Below are positions 36,358-45,319 of a stretch of DNA of 48,028 bases, piece after piece. A model generated the notes under the pieces. That model did no database searches. It was not told the DNA's origin and worked only from the letters and a program-made list of their open reading frames with translations. Each line of letters starts with the position of its first letter. The stretch's first letter is position 1. This stretch comes from Chitinophagaceae bacterium (GTDB lineage: Bacteria; Bacteroidota; Bacteroidia; Chitinophagales; Chitinophagaceae): NCBI GenBank assembly GCA_025451655.1, contig JANWKA010000138.1, positions 1-48,028 of the forward strand, in the 5' to 3' direction. Position numbers and translations under genes: made by a program.

Positions 36358-37764
36358 ATGAATTATGATTTAATCGTCATCGGAAGCGGACCCGGAGGCT
36401 ATGTGGCGGCTATCAGGGCCTCCCAACTCGGGTTTAAATGCGCCGTTGTGGAAAGGGAAAACCTGGGAGGCATTTGCCTGAACTGGGGATGCATCCCCAC
36501 CAAGGCCCTTCTTAAATCAGCCCAGGTGATGGAATACGCCCGCCATGCATCGGATTACGGAATATCCCTGGCTGATCCCAAACCGGATTTCCCGAATATC
36601 ATCAAACGGAGCAGGAATTCCGCGGACAAGATGAGCAAGGGAGTTCAGTTCCTGATGAAGAAAAACAAGATCGATGTGCTTTCGGGCACCGGAAAGCTGA
36701 AATCCGCCAAACAGGTGGAGGTGACAGACAAGGAAGGAAAATCTTCGGTCCACGAGGGGAGGCATATCGTCCTGGCTACCGGCGGCAGGTCAAAAGAATT
36801 GCCGGGGATGAAAATAGATGGCGGGAAAATTATCGGGTACCGGGAAGCCATGGTGCTGCCCCAGATCCCGAAATCCATGATCATTGTCGGGTCAGGCGCT
36901 ATCGGAATGGAATTCGCCTATTTTTATTATTCCATGGGGACCAAGGTTACCCTTGTGGAGTTTTTGCCCCGGGTGGTTCCCCTGGAAGATGAAGAAGTCT
37001 CCAGGGAAATGGAAAAGATTTATAAAAAATACGGCATTGAGATCATGACCAATGCTTCAGTTGAAAGCGCCGAAACCAGCGGAAATGGGGTCAAAGCGAA
37101 AGTCAAAACGGCCAACGGGCCAGTAACCCTTGAAGCGGATATCCTGCTCAGTGCTGTCGGGATAGTAGCAAATATTGAAAACCTGGGCCTTGAATCCCTG
37201 GGAGTCAAAACGGATAAGGGAAAAGTCGCTGTGGATGCATATTACAGGACCAGCGTAGCCGGGGTCTATGCCATCGGAGACTGCGTTCCGGGTCAGGCTC
37301 TCGCCCATGTCGCCTCCAAGGAAGCGATCATTTGCACCGAAATGATCGCCTTCACTGAAAAGAAATATCCCCATAAACCGGAGCCCCTGGATTACCAAAA
37401 TGTACCAGGATGTACTTATTGTTCCCCCGAAATCGCCTCCGCGGGTTATACCGAAAAGGCCGCCCGGGAAGCCGGCTTCGAGGTGAAGGTGGGAAAATTT
37501 CCCTATTCCGCTTCTGGTAAGGCAAGCGCGGCAGGGGCCATGGAAGGGTTTGTGAAAGTGATCTTCGATGCCAGGTATGGTGAATGGCTCGGAACCCACA
37601 TGGTCGGAGCCAATGTGACCGAAATTATTTCGGAAACGGTTTTAGGCCGGAAACTGGAGACCACCTACAGGGAGGTTCTGGATGCCATCCATCCCCACCC
37701 CACGATGAGTGAAGCTGTAAAGGATGCGGTGGAGGCGGCTTATGGTGAGGCGATCCACCTTTAA
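36358..37764 (+). CDS. lpdA: Dihydrolipoyl dehydrogenase
   Basis: FAD motif DLIVIGSGPGGY, redox-active disulfide GGICLNWGCIPTK, NAD motif IVGSGAIGMEF, and the C-terminal HPHPTMSE interface motif. Confidence 0.93.
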   Translation: MNYDLIVIGSGPGGYVAAIRASQLGFKCAVVERENLGGICLNWGCIPTKALLKSAQVMEYARHASDYGISLADPKPDFPNIIKRSRNSADKMSKGVQFLMKKNKIDVLSGTGKLKSAKQVEVTDKEGKSSVHEGRHIVLATGGRSKELPGMKIDGGKIIGYREAMVLPQIPKSMIIVGSGAIGMEFAYFYYSMGTKVTLVEFLPRVVPLEDEEVSREMEKIYKKYGIEIMTNASVESAETSGNGVKAKVKTANGPVTLEADILLSAVGIVANIENLGLESLGVKTDKGKVAVDAYYRTSVAGVYAIGDCVPGQALAHVASKEAIICTEMIAFTEKKYPHKPEPLDYQNVPGCTYCSPEIASAGYTEKAAREAGFEVKVGKFPYSASGKASAAGAMEGFVKVIFDARYGEWLGTHMVGANVTEIISETVLGRKLETTYREVLDAIHPHPTMSEAVKDAVEAAYGEAIHL

Positions 37765-38049
37765 CTTTCCGGTATTTTGGCCTGCCTTCTCTGAATGGAT
37801 ACGAAGCTTGTACTTCCTGGTTTTAGGCCCCGGGGATTTCCTTCCCGGCCAGGCCACCCGGGCTGCAAGGCAGCCCAAAAAAACGAATGCATTTCAATTT
37901 TGCGGGATCGAAGTTGATTTTTCCTTAACAACAAGGCCGCAAAAAACCTTCCGGAGTCTCCCCAAACAGGCAGCAAAATATTGAAAAAGGCGATTCCCCA
38001 GGCTGCCTAAACCGCATTACCAGAAACTCCGGCAGGGTTCTGGATCCCT

Positions 38050-38613
38050 TTATAACTTGAAGGTGACCCCAATGGTAAGGAAGGAAATCCCATACCCCAG
38101 TTCCGCCACCACGCCCACCTTCGGAGAAAAATAGTACCGGCCTCCAACGAAAATGTCGAAAGCCAGGCCGCTTCCCCCAACCGTATACATGCCTCTATAG
38201 TCCGTATAGGGACCGGTAAAGGTTACAGAAACGGCATCATATCCCAACAAGGCTCCCCCATAAACGTCGAATTTGTCCTTCATGTAAAAATGATAAGTTC
38301 CCCGGACTCCGATGATCTTGTATGTATATTTCCAGGAATCATACCCATATCCGGAATAATTATATTGATAGGTCGCCGAAGCCACACCGATAAATCCTCC
38401 TATGCCCCACTTGGGAGCATTTAAACCATGGTCGAAGGCCACTCCGATGGGAGGAAGGTTGGTGGAATAACCGGTTCCGGTATAGAGGTTACCGCCGAGA
38501 CCAACTCCCAGATTGAATACATTGTCCCCTGGATTAAATGTCTGGGCATCTGTTTTTGAACAGAAGAAAATACAACAGGGAAAAATGCAGCATGCTGTAA
38601 AGATCCGTTTCAT
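38050..38613 (-). CDS. Small outer-membrane beta-barrel (OmpW/porin-like) protein
   Basis: Start is trimmed to MKRIFTACCIFPCCIFFCSKTDAQ (signal peptide). Gly/Tyr-rich alternating strands. C-terminal ...IGVTFKL. Confidence 0.6.
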   Translation of the reverse strand: MKRIFTACCIFPCCIFFCSKTDAQTFNPGDNVFNLGVGLGGNLYTGTGYSTNLPPIGVAFDHGLNAPKWGIGGFIGVASATYQYNYSGYGYDSWKYTYKIIGVRGTYHFYMKDKFDVYGGALLGYDAVSVTFTGPYTDYRGMYTVGGSGLAFDIFVGGRYYFSPKVGVVAELGYGISFLTIGVTFKL

Positions 38614-38955
38614 AAATGGAGGTTTAAATGGATGAAAAAATATCAATTTCAGGTCTTTACAGGATGGCCTACTTTTCAATCCGGATTAAATATACATCAT
38701 TAATTTTATTATATATTTCCTTAATAAATTTCCCCCGCGAACTGGCCCGAATCTGTTTTAGTCTGCGGGAATGGATTTCATTTTTCAAATCTTATGCATT
38801 AAACATCAATAGTTTATGATTTTTTTATTATTTATTAATTATCTGAGCCTGATGATTCCGTGAACGGACCAAAAGCTCGGGAAATCTCCAGCGGCGGCCC
38901 CGATCCATAGCTGGTTTGGAGGGCAGGCACCCTCTGAAAATAGCTATCTTTAATT

Positions 38956-39330
38956 ATGGTTACCGGTTTAGGAATGGATCTCATTGAAGTGGAACGGATA
39001 CGAATCAGAATTGCCCGGGAAGCGGGTTTTAGGGAATTGGTTTTTTCCAGGCATGAAATTGATTATTGTGAAACGAAGGGAAATCCCTATGAACATTATG
39101 CAGCCCGGTTTGCCGCCAAAGAAGCCTTTTTCAAGGCACTGGGGACGGGTTGGGTGATGGAAGCCCCCTGGAACGAAATTGAAATCAAAAATGACGAGGC
39201 CGGGAAGCCGGAAATGTGCTTTCTCGGTGGTACTCAAAAAACCATGGAAAACCTTGGCGTTCAGAAGGTAATGGTGTCCCTGTCACATCTGAAGGCGATT
39301 GGTTCTGCGGTTGTTGTAATCGAAAAATAA
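38956..39330 (+). CDS. acpS: Holo-[acyl-carrier-protein] synthase (4'-phosphopantetheinyl transferase)
   Basis: 124 aa. GLGMDLIEVERI and YAARFAAKEAFFKALGTG motifs. The stop TAA at 39328..39330 is 1 nt before the next ATG. Confidence 0.88.
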   Translation: MVTGLGMDLIEVERIRIRIAREAGFRELVFSRHEIDYCETKGNPYEHYAARFAAKEAFFKALGTGWVMEAPWNEIEIKNDEAGKPEMCFLGGTQKTMENLGVQKVMVSLSHLKAIGSAVVVIEK

Positions 39331-39331
39331 T

Positions 39332-40624
39332 ATGGTTTTTTCTCCTTCCAAAGTCCCCTCACCGGAAGATTTTTCCAGGATTCAGGGACAAAAGCTTCGG
39401 TTGCTGTTGCGATATCTGAACACCCATTCTCCTTTTTATCGGGAATTTTTCTCCAAACACCGGATTGATATCAGAACCATCAAACAGGTTGGGGACTTAT
39501 CCGCAATTCCATTTACAACCAAGGATGACCTACAGCAGCGCAATGATGATTTTTTGTGCGTGAACCGTGAAAATGTTGCAGAATACATGGCAACCTCAGG
39601 GACCCTTGGAAAACCGGTCACGATCGCCCTGACGCGGAAGGATCTCGAAAGACTGGCCACAAATGAATATCAATCTTTTTTGTGCTCAGGGGGAAAAGCC
39701 GGGGAAATATACCAGTTGATGGTGACCCTGGACAAGCAGTTTATGGCAGGAATGGCGTATTATAGCGGGTTGCGCAAACTGGGCGCAGGTATTATCCGGA
39801 TTGGCCTGGGAGCCCCAACGCTTCACCTTGAGGCCATTCTCCGCCTCAAACCAACATGCCTGGTCTCTGTTCCCTCCTTTCTCCTGAAAATGACCCTGTT
39901 TGCAAAAGAACAGGGGATAAATTTGAACACGACCTCAGTCCGAAAAGGCATTTGCATCGGAGAAAATATCCGGAATCCTGATTTTTCCCTGAATACCCTG
40001 GGGAAACGGATTCGGGAATCCTGGAATATCAATCTTTTGTCCACTTATGCCTCAACGGAAATGCAAACTGCATTTACAGAATGTCCGCAAATGCGCGGAG
40101 GCCATCTTCAACCAGAACTCCTGATCCTGGAAGTTTTGGATGACAATGGCCAACCCGTCAGCCCCTATGTTCCTGGTGAAGTGGTAATCACCACCCTTGG
40201 AGTGGAAGGAATGCCCCTCCTGCGTTATAGGACCGGGGACATCTGCATGTTTTACGATGAACCCTGTCCCTGCGGCCGATCCAGTTTACGCCTTTCGCCG
40301 GTGATAGGGCGTAAACAGCAAATGATCAAGTTTAAGGGTACCACTTTTTACCCCCCAGCCTTGTTTGATTTATTAGACCAGATCAGGGAAGTTGCGGATT
40401 ACGCTGTGGAAATTTATACCAATGAAGTTGGACTTGATGAAGTATTGTTAAACCTCGTCCTGGTTAACCAGGCTGTTGATTCAGACCAGGCCATAAAAAA
40501 ATTCCTCCACGATAAACTTAAAGTAACTCCTCATATAAAGTTGGTTTCTCCCCCCGAAATGCAGAAGATCCAGTTTCCGGCAAACACCCGGAAAGCCATT
40601 CGGTGGATCGATCGAAGGGTCTGA
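39332..40624 (+). CDS. PaaK/coenzyme-F390-synthetase-like adenylate-forming ligase (candidate aryl starter-unit activating enzyme)
   Basis: Motifs ATSGTLGKPV, TYASTEM, LLRYRTGDICMF and CPCGRSS are characteristic of the phenylacetate-CoA ligase subfamily. 430 aa. Confidence 0.8.
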   Translation: MVFSPSKVPSPEDFSRIQGQKLRLLLRYLNTHSPFYREFFSKHRIDIRTIKQVGDLSAIPFTTKDDLQQRNDDFLCVNRENVAEYMATSGTLGKPVTIALTRKDLERLATNEYQSFLCSGGKAGEIYQLMVTLDKQFMAGMAYYSGLRKLGAGIIRIGLGAPTLHLEAILRLKPTCLVSVPSFLLKMTLFAKEQGINLNTTSVRKGICIGENIRNPDFSLNTLGKRIRESWNINLLSTYASTEMQTAFTECPQMRGGHLQPELLILEVLDDNGQPVSPYVPGEVVITTLGVEGMPLLRYRTGDICMFYDEPCPCGRSSLRLSPVIGRKQQMIKFKGTTFYPPALFDLLDQIREVADYAVEIYTNEVGLDEVLLNLVLVNQAVDSDQAIKKFLHDKLKVTPHIKLVSPPEMQKIQFPANTRKAIRWIDRRV

Positions 40625-40690
40625 ATGGTGAACCGTTACTTCAGGGTTGCGATTAACCTGGAATGTCAAATGATTTTTCCCCGAGAAGAT

Positions 40691-40698
40691 TATATTTG
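40691..40698 (+). promoter_or_regulatory. Candidate internal -7 promoter box (TATATTTG) ahead of the ammonia-lyase gene
   Basis: TAnnTTTG match in the 82-nt gap after the ligase gene. It ends 9 nt before GTG 40707 and 42 nt before ATG 40740. Confidence 0.35.
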
Positions 40699-40739
40699 CC
40701 TGTCCTGTGGATAAAAAATCAAGGTTTCAACCGGTACCT

Positions 40740-42287
40740 ATGGTCCCTGTCGGACAAAATGTCCTTACGCTCCAAGATTTTTCCGATATTCTATTCAAGG
40801 GTAAACCCGTAAAGCTTACTGATGCTGCCTTAAACCGGGTAGAAGCCAATTTCAGTTTTCTGAAGGAATTTGGCGCTGACAAATTGATTTATGGGCTAAA
40901 TACCGGTTTTGGCCCGATGGCTCAATACAAGGTTGGAAAGGAGAATCTTCTCCAGCTGCAATACAATCTCATACGAAGTCATTGTTCAGGGGAGGGCCTG
41001 CTTTTGGATCCCGTCCTTGTCAAGGGTCTGATGGTGGCCAGGTTAAATAGTTTAATGCAGGGATATTCAGGAATACACCCTGATACTGTCAAATTGCTTG
41101 TTGATCTCATTAATAAAAACATTACCCCCTGTATTTATGAGCATGGCGGAGTTGGAGCCAGCGGGGATCTGGTCCAGCTGGCCCATCTGGCTCTGGCCAT
41201 GATTGGAGAAGGGGAGGTGGTTTATGAAAATAACATTTTACCGACTGGTCCGGTTTTCCAAAAGCTGGGTATAAAGCCCCTTTGCGTGCATATGCGCGAG
41301 GGGATAGCACTTATTAATGGCACGTCGGCCATGACCGGTATTGGATTGATAAATGTTCTTCACGCCAAAAATGCTTTGGGTTGGTCAGCGCTTTTATCTG
41401 CCCTGACCAATGAACTTGTGGAGTCGTATGATGACCATTATTCCAATGAGCTGAACCGGGTAAAGCCCCATAAAGGGCAGAATTTTGTGGCGGGAATGTT
41501 ACGGGATATTTTGAAAGGCAGCAAAATGATCCGAAACCGCTCGGAGCATTGGTTTGAAGAAACCGATAATAACCGGGGTATTGTTGATGGGAAGGTCCAG
41601 GAATATTATTCCCTTCGATGCGTACCCCAAATTTTGGGTCCGATTTATGATACCATTTCCCAGGCTGAAATTTCCCTGGTCGACGAATTGAATTCAGTGA
41701 ACGATAACCCCATTATTTCGCATGAGGATCACAATGTTTTTCACGGCGGAAATTTTCATGGAGACTATGTTTCCCTGGAAATGGATAAATTGAAAATTTC
41801 CATTTCTAAATTATCCATGCTTTCAGAAAGACAGATAAATTTTCTTATGAATAACCGGCTGAACGAAAAGTTTCCACCTTTCCTCAATCTGGGAATACCT
41901 GGATTGAATTTTGGGATGCAGGGAGTTCAATTTACTGCCACTTCCATAGTCGCCGAAAACCAGACTCTTTCTTTCCCTATGTATATTCATAGCATTCCGA
42001 ATAATAACGATAACCAGGATATTGTAAGCATGGGCTGTAACTCGGCTATGATGGCCAGACGGGTAATTGAAAACTCCTTTGCGGTTTTGGCGATACAACT
42101 CATGAGCCTACTTCAGGCGATTGGTTTCCTGGACTGTCAGGACAGACTGGCCCCATGGACCCTAAGCTTTTATTCCCGGGTTAAGGATATGTTTCCGAAG
42201 TTCGTTGAAGATCAGCCTAAATTCAGGGAAATTCAAAAAATAAAGACTTTCCTTGAAAATACGGATCCGTATGTACCATTCTTTTAA
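40740..42287 (+). CDS. MIO-dependent aromatic amino acid ammonia-lyase, tyrosine ammonia-lyase-like
   Basis: MIO-forming GGVGASGDLVQLAHLAL. Blocks NTGFGPMAQYKV, LQLQYNLIRSHCSG, QEYYSLRCVPQILGP and HSIPNNNDNQDIVSMG closely resemble the Flavobacterium johnsoniae TAL as I remember it. ATG 40740 is preferred to the GTG 40707 of the ORF track. Confidence 0.85.
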   Translation: MVPVGQNVLTLQDFSDILFKGKPVKLTDAALNRVEANFSFLKEFGADKLIYGLNTGFGPMAQYKVGKENLLQLQYNLIRSHCSGEGLLLDPVLVKGLMVARLNSLMQGYSGIHPDTVKLLVDLINKNITPCIYEHGGVGASGDLVQLAHLALAMIGEGEVVYENNILPTGPVFQKLGIKPLCVHMREGIALINGTSAMTGIGLINVLHAKNALGWSALLSALTNELVESYDDHYSNELNRVKPHKGQNFVAGMLRDILKGSKMIRNRSEHWFEETDNNRGIVDGKVQEYYSLRCVPQILGPIYDTISQAEISLVDELNSVNDNPIISHEDHNVFHGGNFHGDYVSLEMDKLKISISKLSMLSERQINFLMNNRLNEKFPPFLNLGIPGLNFGMQGVQFTATSIVAENQTLSFPMYIHSIPNNNDNQDIVSMGCNSAMMARRVIENSFAVLAIQLMSLLQAIGFLDCQDRLAPWTLSFYSRVKDMFPKFVEDQPKFREIQKIKTFLENTDPYVPFF

Positions 42288-42299
42288 CGATTGAACGCC

Positions 42300-43028
42300 A
42301 TGAAATGCGCATTGGTAACCGGTGGGTCAAGGGGGATTGGAAAGGCGATTTGTCTGAAGATGGCGGAAATGGGTTATCACGTCCTGGTTAATTTTCAAAA
42401 AAATTCAGAACAGGCTGAGGATACGCTGGCCAGGATTTGCAAATCTGGGGGTTCCGGCGAATTACTGCAGTTTGACATTTCTGAAAAAGCCCAGGTAAAC
42501 CAGATCCTTGGAAAATGGATTAATGGGCATGTTGAAAATAGAATAGAAGTCCTGGTTAATAACGCGGCCATCAAAGACGATAGTTTAATGTTTTGGATGA
42601 AGGATGACCAATGGGAAAGAGTGGTAAAAACAAACCTGAACAGTTTTTTTTTCATTACCCGCCTGGTATTAAACGGCATGTTGCATAACCGTTATGGCAG
42701 GATTATTAATATGGTTTCCATTTCGGGCTTGAAGGGATTGCCCGGGCAGACTAATTATTCAGCCGCTAAGGCAGGCCTCATTGGAGCCACGAAAGCCCTT
42801 GCCCAGGAGGTCGGGAGGCAGGGTATTACGGTTAACGCAATTGCTCCAGGCCTAATCCGAACCGAAATGTCCATGGGAATGGATGAAGCTGAATTGCGTA
42901 AAATGATTCCGGCCAACCGGTTTGGCCTTCCGGAGGAAGTTGCATTTGCGGTAGGATTTTTAGCCTCTCCCGGGGCGGGTTATATCTCAGGACAGGTTTT
43001 ATCTGTTAATGGAGGATTATACTCCTGA
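42300..43028 (+). CDS. fabG: 3-oxoacyl-ACP reductase (SDR, FabG-like)
   Basis: TGGSRGIGKA cofactor motif, NNAA, and catalytic YSAAKAG. ATG 42300 is preferred to TTG 42291. Confidence 0.9.
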   Translation: MKCALVTGGSRGIGKAICLKMAEMGYHVLVNFQKNSEQAEDTLARICKSGGSGELLQFDISEKAQVNQILGKWINGHVENRIEVLVNNAAIKDDSLMFWMKDDQWERVVKTNLNSFFFITRLVLNGMLHNRYGRIINMVSISGLKGLPGQTNYSAAKAGLIGATKALAQEVGRQGITVNAIAPGLIRTEMSMGMDEAELRKMIPANRFGLPEEVAFAVGFLASPGAGYISGQVLSVNGGLYS

Positions 43029-43072
43029 ATGGGTGAGAATTTTATCCCTTAAAAAAATTCAATAATAACAAC

Positions 43073-43492
43073 ATGGTTGAGGGAAAAATTTTGGAATTGA
43101 TCCCTCAAAGGCCGCCATTTGTGATGGTTGATGAACTGGTATCCCATGACAGGAAGAATGCCCAATGCACCTTCTGTGTCCCCGGCGGGAATATTTTTAT
43201 CCAGGATGGCCTGTTCAGTGGAGCTGGAATGCTGGAATGTATGGCTCAAACTGCTGCTGCATGGACGGGATTTTCCGGAAAAGAGAGGAAAAAGAATCCC
43301 GCCATTGGATATATCGGGGCCGTAAATCACCTTGAAGTGATTTCCCTTCCCCGGATTGGAGATCTTTTAAGAATTGATATTGAAGTAATAAACCAGATAT
43401 TTGACGCGATCAAAATCAGGGGGCAGGTATCGAAAAGCGGGGGACAATTATTGTCTCAATGTGAAATGATGGTATTTATTGACAAAAAATGA
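43073..43492 (+). CDS. Hotdog-fold 3-hydroxyacyl-ACP dehydratase-like protein
   Basis: 139 aa. LIPQRPPFVMVDELV and GMLECMAQTAAA are typical of FabZ-related/aryl-polyene dehydratases. Confidence 0.65.
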   Translation: MVEGKILELIPQRPPFVMVDELVSHDRKNAQCTFCVPGGNIFIQDGLFSGAGMLECMAQTAAAWTGFSGKERKKNPAIGYIGAVNHLEVISLPRIGDLLRIDIEVINQIFDAIKIRGQVSKSGGQLLSQCEMMVFIDKK

Positions 43493-44622
43493 AGGACGTT
43501 TTTGTTTCTACCTGCAATATTTTTTCACCCCTGGGCAAAACCTCTGCTGAAAATTTCCTGCAGCTGAAAAGAGGGATTTCCGGAGTGAGGTTGTATACTG
43601 ACAGCCTCCTTTCCGCAAAGCCGTTTTATGCATCCCTTTTTGATGAAGGAGATGATTTTCCTATTGATCCCCCAATTTTCCATACCCGGTTCGAAAAACT
43701 GCTGATCGGGTCTATCAGGGAAGCCCTGGAGAAAAGTGAAATTGACCCCGGCCATCCCAAAACCGGGATGGTGATAACTTCCACCAAAGGTAACATTGGT
43801 CTATTGGAAACCCGTCCCCTATCCCGGGATTTGATTGACCGGATCGCATTGCCTACTTCAGCCGGACTGGTTTCCCGATATTTCGGGTTTAAGAACCCTC
43901 CGGTGATAATTTCCAATGCCTGCATTTCTGGGTTGTTGGGAATTATTGTTGCCTTGAGGATGATCAGGGGGCGAGATTATGAGCATGTGGTTGTCGCTGG
44001 AGCAGATCTCGTTACCCGATTCGTATTGTCCGGGTTTCAGGCTCTGGAGGCCCTCAGCCCCCTTCCATGTGTTCCCTTTGATGCAGATCGGGCAGGCATC
44101 AATCTCGGTGAGGGAGCGGCCACCATCATCCTCACCGGGAATCCAAAATATTCGGATGGGGTGAGGGTCCTGGCTGGGAGTGTAAGTAATGATGCCAATC
44201 ATATATCTGCTCCCTCCCGCAATGGGGAAGGCCTCGGCCAGGCTATCAAAACTGCCTTGTGGGATTCTGGATTGTCAGCTCATGATATTGATTTGGTATC
44301 GGCACATGGAACCGGAACACCTTACAATGACGAAATGGAGGCTAAGGCATTAAATTTGAATGGATTGCATCATGCGCCTGTTAATAGTTTAAAAGGATAT
44401 TTTGGTCATACCCTGGGTGCCGCTGGCATTCTTGAATCGGTAGCTTCCATTTGCTCCCTGAAGGAGAACCTGATTTTGCCCAGCATGGGATTTAAAAGAT
44501 CGGGAGTGACGGTGCCTGTAAACATTTGCACTTCCTTATTGGAAACCCCATTGCGAAATTTATTAAAAACCGCCTCCGGATTTGGAGGGTGCAATGCCGC
44601 CGTTGCCTATTCTAAAAATTGA
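43489..44622 (+). CDS. Beta-ketoacyl-ACP synthase (catalytic Cys-His-His present)
   Basis: Active-site ISNACISG, SAHGTGTPYND and GYFGHTLGAAG. C-terminal SGFGGCNAAV. ATGA overlap with the upstream gene. Confidence 0.88.
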   Translation: MKDVFVSTCNIFSPLGKTSAENFLQLKRGISGVRLYTDSLLSAKPFYASLFDEGDDFPIDPPIFHTRFEKLLIGSIREALEKSEIDPGHPKTGMVITSTKGNIGLLETRPLSRDLIDRIALPTSAGLVSRYFGFKNPPVIISNACISGLLGIIVALRMIRGRDYEHVVVAGADLVTRFVLSGFQALEALSPLPCVPFDADRAGINLGEGAATIILTGNPKYSDGVRVLAGSVSNDANHISAPSRNGEGLGQAIKTALWDSGLSAHDIDLVSAHGTGTPYNDEMEAKALNLNGLHHAPVNSLKGYFGHTLGAAGILESVASICSLKENLILPSMGFKRSGVTVPVNICTSLLETPLRNLLKTASGFGGCNAAVAYSKN

Positions 44623-44689
44623 ATGCCAATGAGAAGTATCCGTTTTTCCTTGCCAAATTCATTGGCTTGTTGTGTTATTTGCCAGAATC

Positions 44690-45310
44690 ATGAATGAAGG
44701 GAAGTTTATATACGAAAGTTGTTCTATTGGAGGCCAAATGGTCAGAAAGAATGGGGAAATCATATTCCATGACCCTGTTTCAAAGACGTCCGCTTTCCTT
44801 ATTTCCATTTATGAACATTTTGAATTTGATTATCCACGATTTTTCAAAATGGATGATTTGAGCAAATTGGGCTGGCTCGCTTCTGAAATTTTATTAAAGG
44901 GACAAGATGGAATAAGGAATTGTAATCCTGAAAAAATAGGCGTGGTCCTTTCCAATGCAAATTCAAGCATCGATACCGATTTAAAATACTTCGATTCTCT
45001 TTCGGATACCCCAAGCCCCTCCCTGTTTGTCTATACGCTGCCCAATATTATGATTGCAGAGATATGCATTAGAAATAATTTCAAGGGAGAAGGCGTTTTC
45101 TTTATTTCAGAAAGGTTTGATGAAAAATTTATGGCCGGGTATGTGAATAAGCTTTTGGATTCCGGGAAATTGGAATTCTGCATATGCGGTTGGGTTGAAT
45201 TATTTCAGGGGGCATTTCAGGCTGTACTTTTCTTAGTTGGTAATTCCCCCGGGAAAGGAGGACAATTATTTTCTGCTGATCAAATGATTGAAATTTTTAA
45301 AATACAATAA
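44690..45310 (+). CDS. Short KS-like protein lacking the catalytic triad (putative KS partner)
   Basis: 206 aa from ATG 44690 (the ORF track starts at GTG 44672). The thiolase-N-like stretch IGVVLSNANSSIDTDLKYF...LFVYTLPNIMIAEICIRNNFKGEGVFF has no C-S-G nucleophile motif and no HGTG or GH motif. Confidence 0.5.
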   Translation: MNEGKFIYESCSIGGQMVRKNGEIIFHDPVSKTSAFLISIYEHFEFDYPRFFKMDDLSKLGWLASEILLKGQDGIRNCNPEKIGVVLSNANSSIDTDLKYFDSLSDTPSPSLFVYTLPNIMIAEICIRNNFKGEGVFFISERFDEKFMAGYVNKLLDSGKLEFCICGWVELFQGAFQAVLFLVGNSPGKGGQLFSADQMIEIFKIQ

Positions 45311-45319
45311 TCAAATAAA

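Noticed and set aside
37765-38049. The 285-bp convergent spacer between lpdA and the small OMP gene, searched for terminators or an ncRNA. It holds a 7-bp GC hairpin GGGCTGC-AAG-GCAGCCC (37860..37876) flanked by A7 (37877..37883), and a second hairpin CCGGGGA-TTTCC-TTCCCGG (37830..37848).
   Set aside because: The A/T run is on the wrong side of the hairpin for termination in either direction. I recognise no known RNA family core (RNase P, SRP or tmRNA motifs are absent). The evidence is insufficient for a feature call.
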